Source: Candidatus Eremiobacteria bacterium
Lineage (GTDB): Bacteria > Vulcanimicrobiota > Vulcanimicrobiia > Vulcanimicrobiales > Vulcanimicrobiaceae
DNA: 64,000 bases
Direction: 5' to 3'
Assembly: GCA_963758295.1 (NCBI GenBank)
Contig: CAVWUU010000004.1
Span: 1 to 64,000 of the forward strand
The position numbers and the translations under genes are program-made. Shown here one piece after another: positions 1 to 8,337 of the stretch (within the stretch, counting starts at the first letter, position 1; each line of letters starts with the position of its first letter). The notes under the pieces are model-generated. The model saw only the letters and a program-made list of their open reading frames with translations. It had not been told where the DNA came from and did no database searches.

Positions 1-172
1 TACGCTGCACCGACGGAATGCTCGCTCCGAGGTAGCGGCTGATTTCGGCGGGGTAGGTTTCGTCGAGAACCGCAACGAGGATGAGGAGTGCGGTCCTCAT
101 TCGCGTGCCAAACAGCAGAGGGGCCGGTAGCTCCCAGGACGGCTTGTCATAGAATGGTATGCCGGACGACAT
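1..172 (-). CDS. winged helix-turn-helix (ArsR-like) protein, N-terminal part (runs off window)
   Basis: Manual translation from ATG 172: MSSGIPFYDKPSWELPAPLLFGTRMRTALLILVAVLDETYPAEISRYLGASIPSVQR, with an HTH-like 'PAEISRYLGASIPSVQR'; AGGAG RBS just upstream. Confidence 0.6.
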   Translation of the reverse strand, partial: MSSGIPFYDKPSWELPAPLLFGTRMRTALLILVAVLDETYPAEISRYLGASIPSVQR

Positions 173-268
173 AACTCAGTACTCCTGTTGGTGTACTTTA
201 CTATTCCGAAAAGTGTACCATGAGAGCGCGCCGCGGCACTAGCCCTTTATGCGTGAAGGCCGCGCTCC

Positions 269-277
269 TGCTACAAT
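269..277 (+). promoter_or_regulatory. putative extended -10 (TGnTACAAT) housekeeping promoter for the ECF operon
   Basis: TGCTACAAT about 80 nt upstream of the sigma start. Confidence 0.35.
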
Positions 278-305
278 AGTAAGGACTTGAGCTCGGCGCC
301 CGGCC

Positions 306-332
306 TGTCACATTCATGGCAGGCCGGCCGTT
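306..332 (+). promoter_or_regulatory. putative autoregulatory ECF promoter TGTCACA-N16-CGTT
   Basis: TGTCACA 306-312, exactly 16 nt, CGTT 329-332, directly before the RBS AAGGAGG (342-348); resembles the TGTCACA-N16-CGTC ECF consensus. Confidence 0.5.
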
Positions 333-357
333 GGGGAAACAAAGGAGGGGCCAAATC

Positions 358-876
358 GTGGAGGAGGTCTACCTCGCAACCCAATCCGCCGCCGGCGTCC
401 AGATTCGCGTCGAGTCCCTCGTTCGCGAGTATCAGACGAAACTTGCGCGCTATTTGCGTCGCATGGTCGGCGACAGTGAAGTCGCTTTGGATTTAACGCA
501 AGACGTATTCTTCGCCGCCTATCGCACGCTGCAATCCGACCCAAATCGGCCGCTCAATGCCGGCTGGCTGTACAAGACCGCGACGAACAGCGCTATCTCG
601 CATCTGCGCCGGAAGAAGATCATTCGGATGCTTCCGCTCGATCGCGATCACGACGAACGCTCGTGGCGTATCGACGAACAGAGTGCCGCGTCGGTCGATT
701 TGCAGGCCGCTCTTTCGCGACTGCCGGGAGATCAGGCCGCGGCCGTGCTGCTAACGAGCTACGCCGGCTACTCATCGCAAGAAGCCGCGACGATGCTTGG
801 CACATCCTCGGACGCCGTTCGCCAACGCGTCTGCCGGGCGATGAAAACCCTACGATCGATAATGACGGAGAAGTGA
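358..876 (+). CDS. ECF RNA polymerase sigma factor (sigma-70 group 4)
   Basis: Region 2 (DLTQDVF..WLYKTATNSAISHLRR) and region 4 (GYSSQEAATMLGTSSDAVRQRVCRA); GTG start after a strong SD. Confidence 0.92.
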   Translation: MEEVYLATQSAAGVQIRVESLVREYQTKLARYLRRMVGDSEVALDLTQDVFFAAYRTLQSDPNRPLNAGWLYKTATNSAISHLRRKKIIRMLPLDRDHDERSWRIDEQSAASVDLQAALSRLPGDQAAAVLLTSYAGYSSQEAATMLGTSSDAVRQRVCRAMKTLRSIMTEK

Positions 877-1905
877 GTGACTGACGGCTGCCAGCAGGCC
901 GAAGCGCTCGCCGGAGCAATTGCGCTCGGCGAAGCGACCGACGCAGAACGCGAACGATACCGCCGCCACATCGCGGCGTGTTCTTCGTGTTTGGGCGACC
1001 TTGGCGGCGAACGTGAGATCGAACGCGTCATGGCTTCGGTTTCCAATGCACGCGAAAGCGAGACGTGGGAACCGGTTCTCGCGTCCGTTCAATCGAAGGC
1101 ACAGCGGCGCCTGCGATCGTTCTTCCGATTGGGAACGACGATTGCGGCCATCGCCATCGCGCTTTCCTTCGGCATTCATTTTCTTATCGCGTCGGCGGTT
1201 AAGCAGACGGCGCAGGTTATTCCGGTACGCGTGGCTTCCGCAGATTCCATAACGCACGTAACGCTCGAACACCGGCCGCCCCAGCACGCCGCGAAGCCGC
1301 AGCCGCAAGCGCCTGCGCCTTCACCGCGGATGCTGGTCGTGCACAACGTGATCACGTTGAAAGCGCCGCCGCAACCGCACGCGGAAGCGATGCGTAACGC
1401 CTCCGTTGCCGTGCAACCGACGGAAACCAAGACCACGACGGTCGTTGCGCACAACGAGCCGGCGGAGTCGGATGGAAATTCCGACGTTCCGATTTGGCGC
1501 CGCGGCATCGATCCGATCCATCATCGCACCCCATCGGCGCAAGCGCCGCCTCCTACGCTGATCGGACGGGCCGAATCGATTGCGATGACCCCCAGCATGT
1601 CCGTGCGCGACGTCGTGCCGCTCGGCGGCGATGCCGCGATCAATCCCGAACCGCCCATGATCGCTTATCGCGAAGGCGCAGAAGGCACGACAGCATTCGA
1701 AGTGAGCATCGACGAACGCGGCGCGCCCACGAAGTGCACGATTACCAAATCTTCAGGGTATCTCGTGCTCGATGATGCCGTCTGCCGCGCCGCCATGAAA
1801 GCGCGCTTCTCCCCGAAACTCGTTAACGGCCGCGCGGTGCCCGGCATCTACCACGACGCTTTCACTTTCCGCAGCAGCGGAAATAACGAGGGGATCCAAC
1901 AGTAG
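877..1905 (+). CDS. zinc-binding anti-sigma factor (HxxxCxxC) + TM helix + Pro-rich linker + TonB C-terminal domain
   Basis: HIAACSSC ZAS motif; TM IAAIAIALSFGIHFLIA; C-terminal YREGAEGTTAFEVSIDERG..ITKSSGYLVLDDAVCRAAMKARFSP typical of TonB_C; abuts the sigma gene. Confidence 0.85.
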   Translation: MTDGCQQAEALAGAIALGEATDAERERYRRHIAACSSCLGDLGGEREIERVMASVSNARESETWEPVLASVQSKAQRRLRSFFRLGTTIAAIAIALSFGIHFLIASAVKQTAQVIPVRVASADSITHVTLEHRPPQHAAKPQPQAPAPSPRMLVVHNVITLKAPPQPHAEAMRNASVAVQPTETKTTTVVAHNEPAESDGNSDVPIWRRGIDPIHHRTPSAQAPPPTLIGRAESIAMTPSMSVRDVVPLGGDAAINPEPPMIAYREGAEGTTAFEVSIDERGAPTKCTITKSSGYLVLDDAVCRAAMKARFSPKLVNGRAVPGIYHDAFTFRSSGNNEGIQQ

Positions 1906-2258
1906 CCTCCGCTCTATGAGTGCCGGGCGCGCAGGGAGCAGGGTGTCTCGATGGGGAGCCGGCGCTCCGAGCGCATCGTGCGCTCGTCGTCGCCTGCGGC
2001 ACGCTTTTTCGCAACATTAAAATGAATATGGCTTCCTGCCAATTGCGAAAAAACGCGGGCCTCCGCTCTATGAGTGTCGGGCGCGCAGGGAGCAGGGTGT
2101 CTGGATGGGGAGCCGGCGCTCCGAGCGCATCGTGCGCTCGTCGTCGCCTGCGGCGCGCTTTTTCGCAACATTAAATTGAATATGGCCTCCTGCCAATTGC
2201 GAAAAAGCGCGAGCCTCCCCATCGAGACACCCTGCTCCCTGCGCGCCCGACACTCATA
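1905..2258. mobile_element. MITE-like element (2069-2258; 44-bp terminal inverted repeats, TA ends) preceded by a 154-bp tandem partial copy
   Basis: TATGAGTGTCGGGCGCGCAGGGAGCAGGGTGTCTGGATGGGGAG at 2069 is the reverse complement (1 mismatch) of 2215-2258; 1905-2058 is a near-identical direct copy of 2059-2212; internal IR GCGCTTTTTCGCAA..TTGCGAAAAAGCGC. Confidence 0.6.
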
Positions 2259-2264
2259 ACGCTC

Positions 2265-2573
2265 CATGTACATGCCTCGCAGCCGCTCGGCACCGAAAGT
2301 TTGCGACGCCCGCGTCATGTGACATGCCTCGCAGCCGCTCGGCGCCGAAAGTTTGCGACGCCCGCGTCATGTGACATGCCTCGCAGCCGCTCGGCGCCGA
2401 AAGTTTGCGACGCCCCCGTCATGTACATGCCTCGCAGCCGCTCGGCACCGAAAGTTTTGCGACGCCCGCGTCATGTACATGCCTCGCAGCCGCTCGGCAC
2501 CGAAAGTTTGCGACGCCCCCGTCATGTACATGCCTCGCAGCCGCTCGGCACCGAAAATTTGCGACGTCCCCGT
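2265..2573. repeat. tandem repeat, 6 x 51-52 bp
   Basis: Unit CATGTACATGCCTCGCAGCCGCTCGGCACCGAAAGTTTGCGACGCCCGCGT starting at 2265, 2316, 2368, 2420, 2472, 2523. Confidence 0.95.
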
Positions 2574-2961
2574 CATGCTGAGCTCGTCGAAGCACAGGCG
2601 CATCAAAAAAACCGCTGATATGCGCCCGTCCTTCGACTACGCGGCTACGCCGCTGCTCAGGATGACGGGAGAATGCGCGTCATGCGGAGTGTGTCGAAGT
2701 AAAAGCTGTGCTAATTTGAGGAAAGCCTACGACGCGGCTACGCCGCTGCTCACGATGACGGGGGAATGCGCGTCATGCGGAGTGTGTCGAAGTAAAAGCG
2801 CATTGCAACTGTGCTAATTTGAGCAAAGCCTACGACTAGGCGGCTACGCCGCGCTTACGATGACGGGGGAATGCGGGTCATACGGAGTGTGTCGAAGTAA
2901 AAGCTGTGCTGAATTTAAGCTAAGCCTTCGAACTAGCGGTTGCGCCGCTGCTCAAGATGAC
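2572..2961. repeat. array of four REP-like inverted doublets (REPIN/BIME-like)
   Basis: Left arms GTCATGC(T/G)GAG..GTCGAAG at 2572, 2679, 2772, 2877, paired with right arms CTTCGAC..GCTCA(G/C/A)GATGAC ending 2666, 2759, 2864, 2961. Confidence 0.75.
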
Positions 2962-3045
2962 GGTGTGCTTCGTCGCCGAGCGGCTGCGAGGCGTGCGGCT
3001 ATTGAGAATTGGGTGCGTGCGACACAGCGTAGAGCAACGACAATC

Positions 3046-3537
3046 CTAGTCGACGGATTTGCGGAAGAACGCGAACATCTTATCCGCTTCGGGCATGATG
3101 CGGAATTCCTCGAATCCCCAGCTCTTGGCTTGATTGATGGCGCGTGTGTTGTCCATCGAAAGCAAAAACGTGAGTGTTTTGACGTTGCGTTTCGTGGCGA
3201 TTCGTTGCACTTCGCCCACGAGTTCTGCGCCGACTTCGGGGGGCGCGTTCGCGCTCAAGCGCAGTCCTTCCATCATGGCGACGTCCATGCCGTTTGCCGC
3301 TTCGGGATCGTCATAGCCGATGGGAAGCTTAAAGACGAGCTGGACCATGCCGAGCAGTCCGCCATGATCTTCGGCGACGAGAATGACGCGGCGGCCGGCG
3401 CGCTGTTCGGTGAGCCACTTTACGATGCGCTGGTTCCAGGTCTCTTTGCCGGAGTTGCCCGAGACAACGCCATCCTTAGCTAAACGTTCGCAATCGCTCG
3501 CCTGAGCGAAGCGCAGAAAGATCTTTCGGGCGGCCAC
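3046..3537 (-). CDS. GNAT family N-acetyltransferase
   Basis: RVILVAEDHGGLLGMVQL...VGAELVGEV...NTRAINQAKSWGF GNAT-like pattern; start estimated at GTG 3537. Confidence 0.65.
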   Translation of the reverse strand: MAARKIFLRFAQASDCERLAKDGVVSGNSGKETWNQRIVKWLTEQRAGRRVILVAEDHGGLLGMVQLVFKLPIGYDDPEAANGMDVAMMEGLRLSANAPPEVGAELVGEVQRIATKRNVKTLTFLLSMDNTRAINQAKSWGFEEFRIMPEADKMFAFFRKSVD

Positions 3538-3601
3538 GGAGCCATCAATTCCCCAGGTGGGGAGAAAAGCACCTTTAACCGAATGCCGCCGCCGTATCCG
3601 T

Positions 3602-3961
3602 ATGCCGGCCTTCAAATTCTCGTTTTTTGCCGCTCCCGTCGCGATCGCCGTTTTAACGGCGTGCGCGCATCATGCCGCACAAACGACGGGCCGACCGATG
3701 GACGACAGCGTCGCTACACCGCCAGGCGCGAGTGCGCCGCACGGCGCGGCGCTCTTTGTAAAGAATTGCGCAGCCTGCCATGGCGAGCACGGTGCCGGCG
3801 GTCCGGTCGGGCCCGCATTGAAAAACGAGCGGAAGAAAAAAGACCGCGATGCCATCGTTACCGCGATCGAACATCCTGATCCGCCCATGCCCAAGCTTTT
3901 TCCGGGTGAGCTAAGCGCCCAAGACGTTTCCGACCTAACTGCTTACGTGGAGTCGCTCTAA
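3602..3961 (+). CDS. monoheme cytochrome c, probable lipoprotein
   Basis: CAACHG heme motif, distal Met in PPMPK, lipobox LTAC. Confidence 0.85.
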   Translation: MPAFKFSFFAAPVAIAVLTACAHHAAQTTGRPMDDSVATPPGASAPHGAALFVKNCAACHGEHGAGGPVGPALKNERKKKDRDAIVTAIEHPDPPMPKLFPGELSAQDVSDLTAYVESL

Positions 3962-3962
3962 C

Positions 3963-5385
3963 ATGACGCGGCCGATCGTCTATCGCTTCACGCGCGACCT
4001 TCGGCTAGACGATCATGCGGGACTCGCCGACGCGGCGGCGCACGGCGACGTCGTTCCCGTGCTTGTCATCGATCGAGCGCTCGAAAACCGCATTGGCAGT
4101 TCGCCGCGCCGCGCGGCGTTCTTTTGCGCAACGGTCGCGGCTCTCGATGCTTCGCTACGCGAACGCGGATCTCGTTTGCTTGTGCGCCGCGGACAGCTCG
4201 GATCGACGCTGAAAAGTATCGCGCGCGCCTGCAACGCAAACGGCGTAACGTGGAGCTGCGCTTACGACGCCGCATCGATGCACGCTGACGAGCGTTTGCA
4301 GTCCGAATTGGAAGAAGCGGGTTTACGCGCCGCCATCGTGCACGATGCTCCGGCGATTGCGCCCGAAGAAACCGCCGCAGCGCGGACAGACGGCCGCGGC
4401 TATCGCGCCTTCGCGCCTTACTTCGACGTTTGGAAAACCATGAGACCCGCGTCTTACGAAGCGCCGTTACTCATGCGTTTCGCGTCGACGGAATTGCAAA
4501 GTGAACCGCTGCCCGCGCCTCACGACTTCAACGCGCCGGAACGCGTCATCGAGGCGGGCGAACGTGCGGCGCTCGAGCGGCTGCGTCGCTTCTTAAACGA
4601 ACACGCCATGCAGTATGCGATTGCGATGACCGTGCCGAGCGATAGCGGCACGTCGCACCTTTCGGCTCATCTTTCATTCGGCTCTATTTCGGCCAGGCGC
4701 GTCGTTCGTGACTCGCTCGAACGCGTGGACGACCCGTTCTTGTTAAGTGAAGAACGATTATCGATTCGCGCGTTTCTGCGCTCGATAGCAATGCGGGATT
4801 TCTTTTTGCAACTTGCGTGGTTCGAGCCGCAGACCGACGTCCGAACCGCTGCAGGAGAAGATGCGCGGCTTCACTTTTGCGAAATCGCATCCCGCGCTCG
4901 AAGCATGGAAAGCCGGAAAGACGGGATTCCCGCTGGTTGATGCCGGCATGCGGCAATTGCATGAAACGGGATGGATGCATCCGCACGTGCGCGCCGTCGC
5001 CGCGTCGTTTTTGTGTTTCGATTTAGGCGTAAACTGGCGCGTCGGCTGCGACGAATGGGAACGGCGTCTGATAGAAGACGACCCGGCGCTTTCCATCGGC
5101 AACTGGCAGTGGATCGCGGGCGTCGGCGCCGACATGGCGCAGTATCCGCGTATTTACAATCCGCAACGGCAACGCCGGCGCTTCGATCCGGCGGGCGCTT
5201 ACGTAAAGCGGTGGGTGCCGGAACTTGCCCACGTTCCAGTCGGCTCGTGGCAATCAATCAAAGCAGGAGAGACGCAGCTCGCGCTGCCTCTCTTTGCTCG
5301 CAACGGCTATCCTCAGCCGATCGTCGATCATGAAGAGGCAGCGCGCGGATTTCTAAAACGCTACCGGGCTTTTCTCGAGCGTTAG
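3963..5385 (+). CDS. phrB: deoxyribodipyrimidine photolyase (one apparent frameshift near 4840)
   Basis: FTRDLRLDDH, TSHLSAHLSFG, WKAGKTGFPLVDAGMRQL..GWMH, NWQWIAG, RIYNP, split over ORFs 3963-4940 and 4813-5385. Confidence 0.88.
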
Positions 5386-5969
5386 CTCGCGGGAAGCCGC
5401 TCGTCGATCCAGTCGCTGATTAGCGGAACACGCACTTCGTCTCCGTGCCAGACCTTGATTCCGTAGAAGACGCTCGCCACTAAGAATAGCGGAATGAGGA
5501 AGGGGATGATGGCGCTGGCCGACCAGCCGAGGACGGGAATGTTGCTCGCAAGGCCGAGCAAGCCCCAGAAGGCCGCAAATCCGACGTTGAAACCGAGCGC
5601 TTGGAGCGCCTGCTTCTTTAAATAGCGCGATTGTTTGCGATCGAAGAGGCCAAGTAAGGCCAGCGGCCAGAGCGGATAGCCGAGCGCAACCAGCGCCCGC
5701 GACTCGATCGGGTCGCACGGCTCCGCGACGGTTACCGTCGCGCGGGCTTGCTGTTGCGGCGGGGGCGGAGGCGGCGGAGGCGCGGCGTTCGGCCGGGGCG
5801 GCACTTGTCCGTGCAGCTGTTGGCGTCCGCCGGTTGCAGCGTCGATTTTCTCCGCGAGGCGGCAGCTGGGGCACATCCCCCGGTCGTCGCGACACGTGGC
5901 ACAAATGGCTTTTCGGCACTCGATGCATGGTGCGATCGACGGAACGTTCGGGTGGAAGAAACAGTCCAT
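5382..5969 (-). CDS. membrane protein: N-terminal B-box-like Zn finger, poly-Pro linker, DUF4870/Tic20-like membrane domain
   Basis: CFFHP..CIECRKAICATC..CPSC; PPPPPPPP; hydrophobic C-terminal half ending RVPLISDW. Confidence 0.65.
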   Translation of the reverse strand: MDCFFHPNVPSIAPCIECRKAICATCRDDRGMCPSCRLAEKIDAATGGRQQLHGQVPPRPNAAPPPPPPPPQQQARATVTVAEPCDPIESRALVALGYPLWPLALLGLFDRKQSRYLKKQALQALGFNVGFAAFWGLLGLASNIPVLGWSASAIIPFLIPLFLVASVFYGIKVWHGDEVRVPLISDWIDERLPAS

Positions 5970-6059
5970 AACTTTTTGTGTTGCTCCGTTGGTACATCCA
6001 CACGTACCGCGCAAACGCGTGCAGGTTTCACGCGCCGTCGACCGCAAGTCCGGGGGCCG

Positions 6060-7808
6060 ATGACCCCACGCGAGACGCTGCGGCGCTTGGCCGCCGAAGC
6101 CAAACCTTACCTGCCGACGCTAGGAACAGCACTCGTCCTGAGCTGGGTCGCGGGCCTGCTGACTCTCGTTCCGCCCTTGGCGTTTCGCATCATCATCAAT
6201 AAGGTGCTCGCGCCGCCGAGGGGCACCCAGCCGGATCTTCACCTGTTCTACATCGCGCTGGTCGCCACGTTCGCGGCTCTCGTCATCGCCAACGTCTCGA
6301 CCTACGGCCAGACGTATTTCATGACGTGGACCGGCCAGAAGGTCATTGCGCACCTGCGACAACGCCTGTTCGAGCGTGTGCTGAACCTGCCCCTTGCGGA
6401 GTTCGACCGGTGGCGTCCGGGCGAGCTGATCGCCCGCTTTAACAGCGACATGCAGATGATGGGCGACGCCGTCGGCACGTCGCTGCCGCAGTTGCTCGTC
6501 GCGCTCATCACCTTTATTTCGTCCTTCGCCGCGATGGTTTACCTCGATTGGTTCCTTACCGTCACGCTGCTCGTTATGGCGCCGGTGATATCGCTCGCGG
6601 TGTCCCGCTTCCAAAAGCTCATCTCGACGAGCAACACCCGCGCGCAGCAGCGCATCGCGGACCTTTCCGCAAACCTGACCGAGGTGCTGCACGGCCAGCG
6701 CGTGGTGAAAGCATTTAACCGCGAAGCCTTCGAAGCATCACGCTTCCAGACGCGCAACGAAGACTACTTCGGCGCCTTCATGAAGGTCGCACAGCTCATT
6801 CAAACGCAGCCGCTCGTCGTCTCGACCATCATGACCCTTGGCGTCGTCGTGATCATGTGGCTTTCCGTTCGCGAAGTCTTGGTCGGCAGGCTCGACACCG
6901 GACGCGTCTTCCAATTCTGGCTGCTGCTTGTGAACTTGGTGAACCCGATGAACCGCGTCGCCGCATTCTTCGGTGATCTGACCAAAGCGCTCATCTCCTC
7001 GGGCCGCGTTTTCGAAATCATCGACCTTCCCGCCGAAGAACTCGACGCCTCGCACGCTGCCACAATGCCGTCGATCTCCGGCCAAATCGAATTCAACGAC
7101 GTCACGTTTTCTTACAAAAGCGACGAAGCACCGGCGCTCTACCGCGTCAACGCCGACATCGAACCGGGCGAGATCGTCGCCCTCGTCGGTCCGTCGGGCG
7201 CCGGCAAAACGACTATCGCGAATCTCGTCCCGCGCTTCTACCAACCGCAAGAAGGCCGCGTCCGCATCGACGGCATCGACATCGCCGCCGTTCGACTCGA
7301 TTCACTCCGCGCGCAGATTGCCATCGTGCCCCAAGATCCGCAACTCTTCCGTGCCACGATCCTCGAAAACATCCGCTACGGCCGCCTCGACGCCAGCGAC
7401 GAACAAGTCCGCCAAGCTGCAGTCGAAGCCAATGCCGACGAGTTCATCAGACAATTTCCCGATAGCTACGCAACAGAAGTCGGCGAGCGCGGCGTCCGCC
7501 TCTCCGGCGGCCAACGCCAACGTATCGCCATCGCCAGAGCGATACTGCGCAATCCGAGGATCCTCATATTAGACGAAGCCACGAGTGCCCTCGACACGCA
7601 CTCGGAGACGCTGATCGAGCAGGCGCTGGACCGCCTACTCCCCGGTCGAACGACACTTATCATCGCCCACCGGCTCTCGACCATCCGCCGCGCCAACAAA
7701 ATTCTTTACATCGAAAACGGCCGGGTGCTTGAAATCGGAACTCACGACGAGCTCTTGGCCCGCAACGGCCCCTATGCGAAGCTCCACGCAGCACAATTTA
7801 CATCTTAG
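6060..7808 (+). CDS. ABC transporter ATP-binding/permease (MsbA-like)
   Basis: 6-TM domain plus Walker A GPSGAGKT, signature LSGGQRQR, Walker B ILILDEATSALD. Confidence 0.92.
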   Translation: MTPRETLRRLAAEAKPYLPTLGTALVLSWVAGLLTLVPPLAFRIIINKVLAPPRGTQPDLHLFYIALVATFAALVIANVSTYGQTYFMTWTGQKVIAHLRQRLFERVLNLPLAEFDRWRPGELIARFNSDMQMMGDAVGTSLPQLLVALITFISSFAAMVYLDWFLTVTLLVMAPVISLAVSRFQKLISTSNTRAQQRIADLSANLTEVLHGQRVVKAFNREAFEASRFQTRNEDYFGAFMKVAQLIQTQPLVVSTIMTLGVVVIMWLSVREVLVGRLDTGRVFQFWLLLVNLVNPMNRVAAFFGDLTKALISSGRVFEIIDLPAEELDASHAATMPSISGQIEFNDVTFSYKSDEAPALYRVNADIEPGEIVALVGPSGAGKTTIANLVPRFYQPQEGRVRIDGIDIAAVRLDSLRAQIAIVPQDPQLFRATILENIRYGRLDASDEQVRQAAVEANADEFIRQFPDSYATEVGERGVRLSGGQRQRIAIARAILRNPRILILDEATSALDTHSETLIEQALDRLLPGRTTLIIAHRLSTIRRANKILYIENGRVLEIGTHDELLARNGPYAKLHAAQFTS

Positions 7809-7863
7809 CCTCAGCGAGCTGAGCGCTGCCACGGCGAGATATTTATCGGCGGTCGTCGCGGCC

Positions 7864-7891
7864 TCAAGCCGAGGAGCCGGAGCGCCGATAA
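7864..7891 (+). promoter_or_regulatory. sigma-28-type promoter of flgB (TCAAG-N15-GCCGATAA)
   Basis: Perfect -10 GCCGATAA at 7884-7891; ATG 8 nt downstream. Confidence 0.7.
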
Positions 7892-7899
7892 ATATCGAG

Positions 7900-8337
7900 A
7901 TGAACGACATCACTGGGGTTTCGTTTGGGCAAACAGTCGACTTGCTCGGGAATGCCGTTAAGGGCGCGGATCTAGAGCAGACGCAGATCGCGAATAATCT
8001 GGCGAACGTGAATACGCCGAATTACCGCCGGTCCACGACGTCGTTCAAGGAAGCGCTGCAGGCTTCGCTCGGGACGCCTTCTTCGGATGATACGATGGCG
8101 TTGAAGACTAACGATGACCGGCAGTTTTCGCTGGATGATTCGCAGCCGCCGGTGGCTTTCGATCCGCAGGCGACGGTAGATGACACGGTGCAGATGCGAA
8201 TGGATAAGAGCAACGTAGACATCGATCAAGAGTCGGCGAAGCTCTCCGCGAATTCCGGTTACGAGCAGACCATGACGCAGCTTCTCCAGGCGCAGTACAA
8301 GCGTCTCCGTGAAGCGATTCAGGAGCAGCCGAACTAA
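7900..8337 (+). CDS. flgB: flagellar basal-body rod protein FlgB
   Basis: IANNLANVNTPNYRR, RMDKSNVDIDQE. Confidence 0.93.
   Translation: MNDITGVSFGQTVDLLGNAVKGADLEQTQIANNLANVNTPNYRRSTTSFKEALQASLGTPSSDDTMALKTNDDRQFSLDDSQPPVAFDPQATVDDTVQMRMDKSNVDIDQESAKLSANSGYEQTMTQLLQAQYKRLREAIQEQPN

Noticed and set aside
1914..2817. ORFs in the repeat block (e.g. repeated MYMPRSRSAPKVCDAPV) as RiPP precursor or repeat protein
   Set aside because: Units alternate between 51 and 52 bp and break frame; no SD or maturation enzymes; the ORFs arise from palindromic DNA
2265..2961. CRISPR array
   Set aside because: Units are contiguous near-identical copies with no unique spacers, and there are no cas genes
4813..4940. 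Programmed frameshifts in photolyase, GT2, proS or the TPR gene
   Set aside because: No slippery heptamers noticed; isolated extra bases match the error pattern elsewhere in the window
6005..6030. SigW-like ECF promoter (TGAAAC-N16-GGTA, minus strand) before the Zn-finger membrane gene
   Set aside because: The -10 deviates from CGTA and does not match the local ECF motif; unsupported
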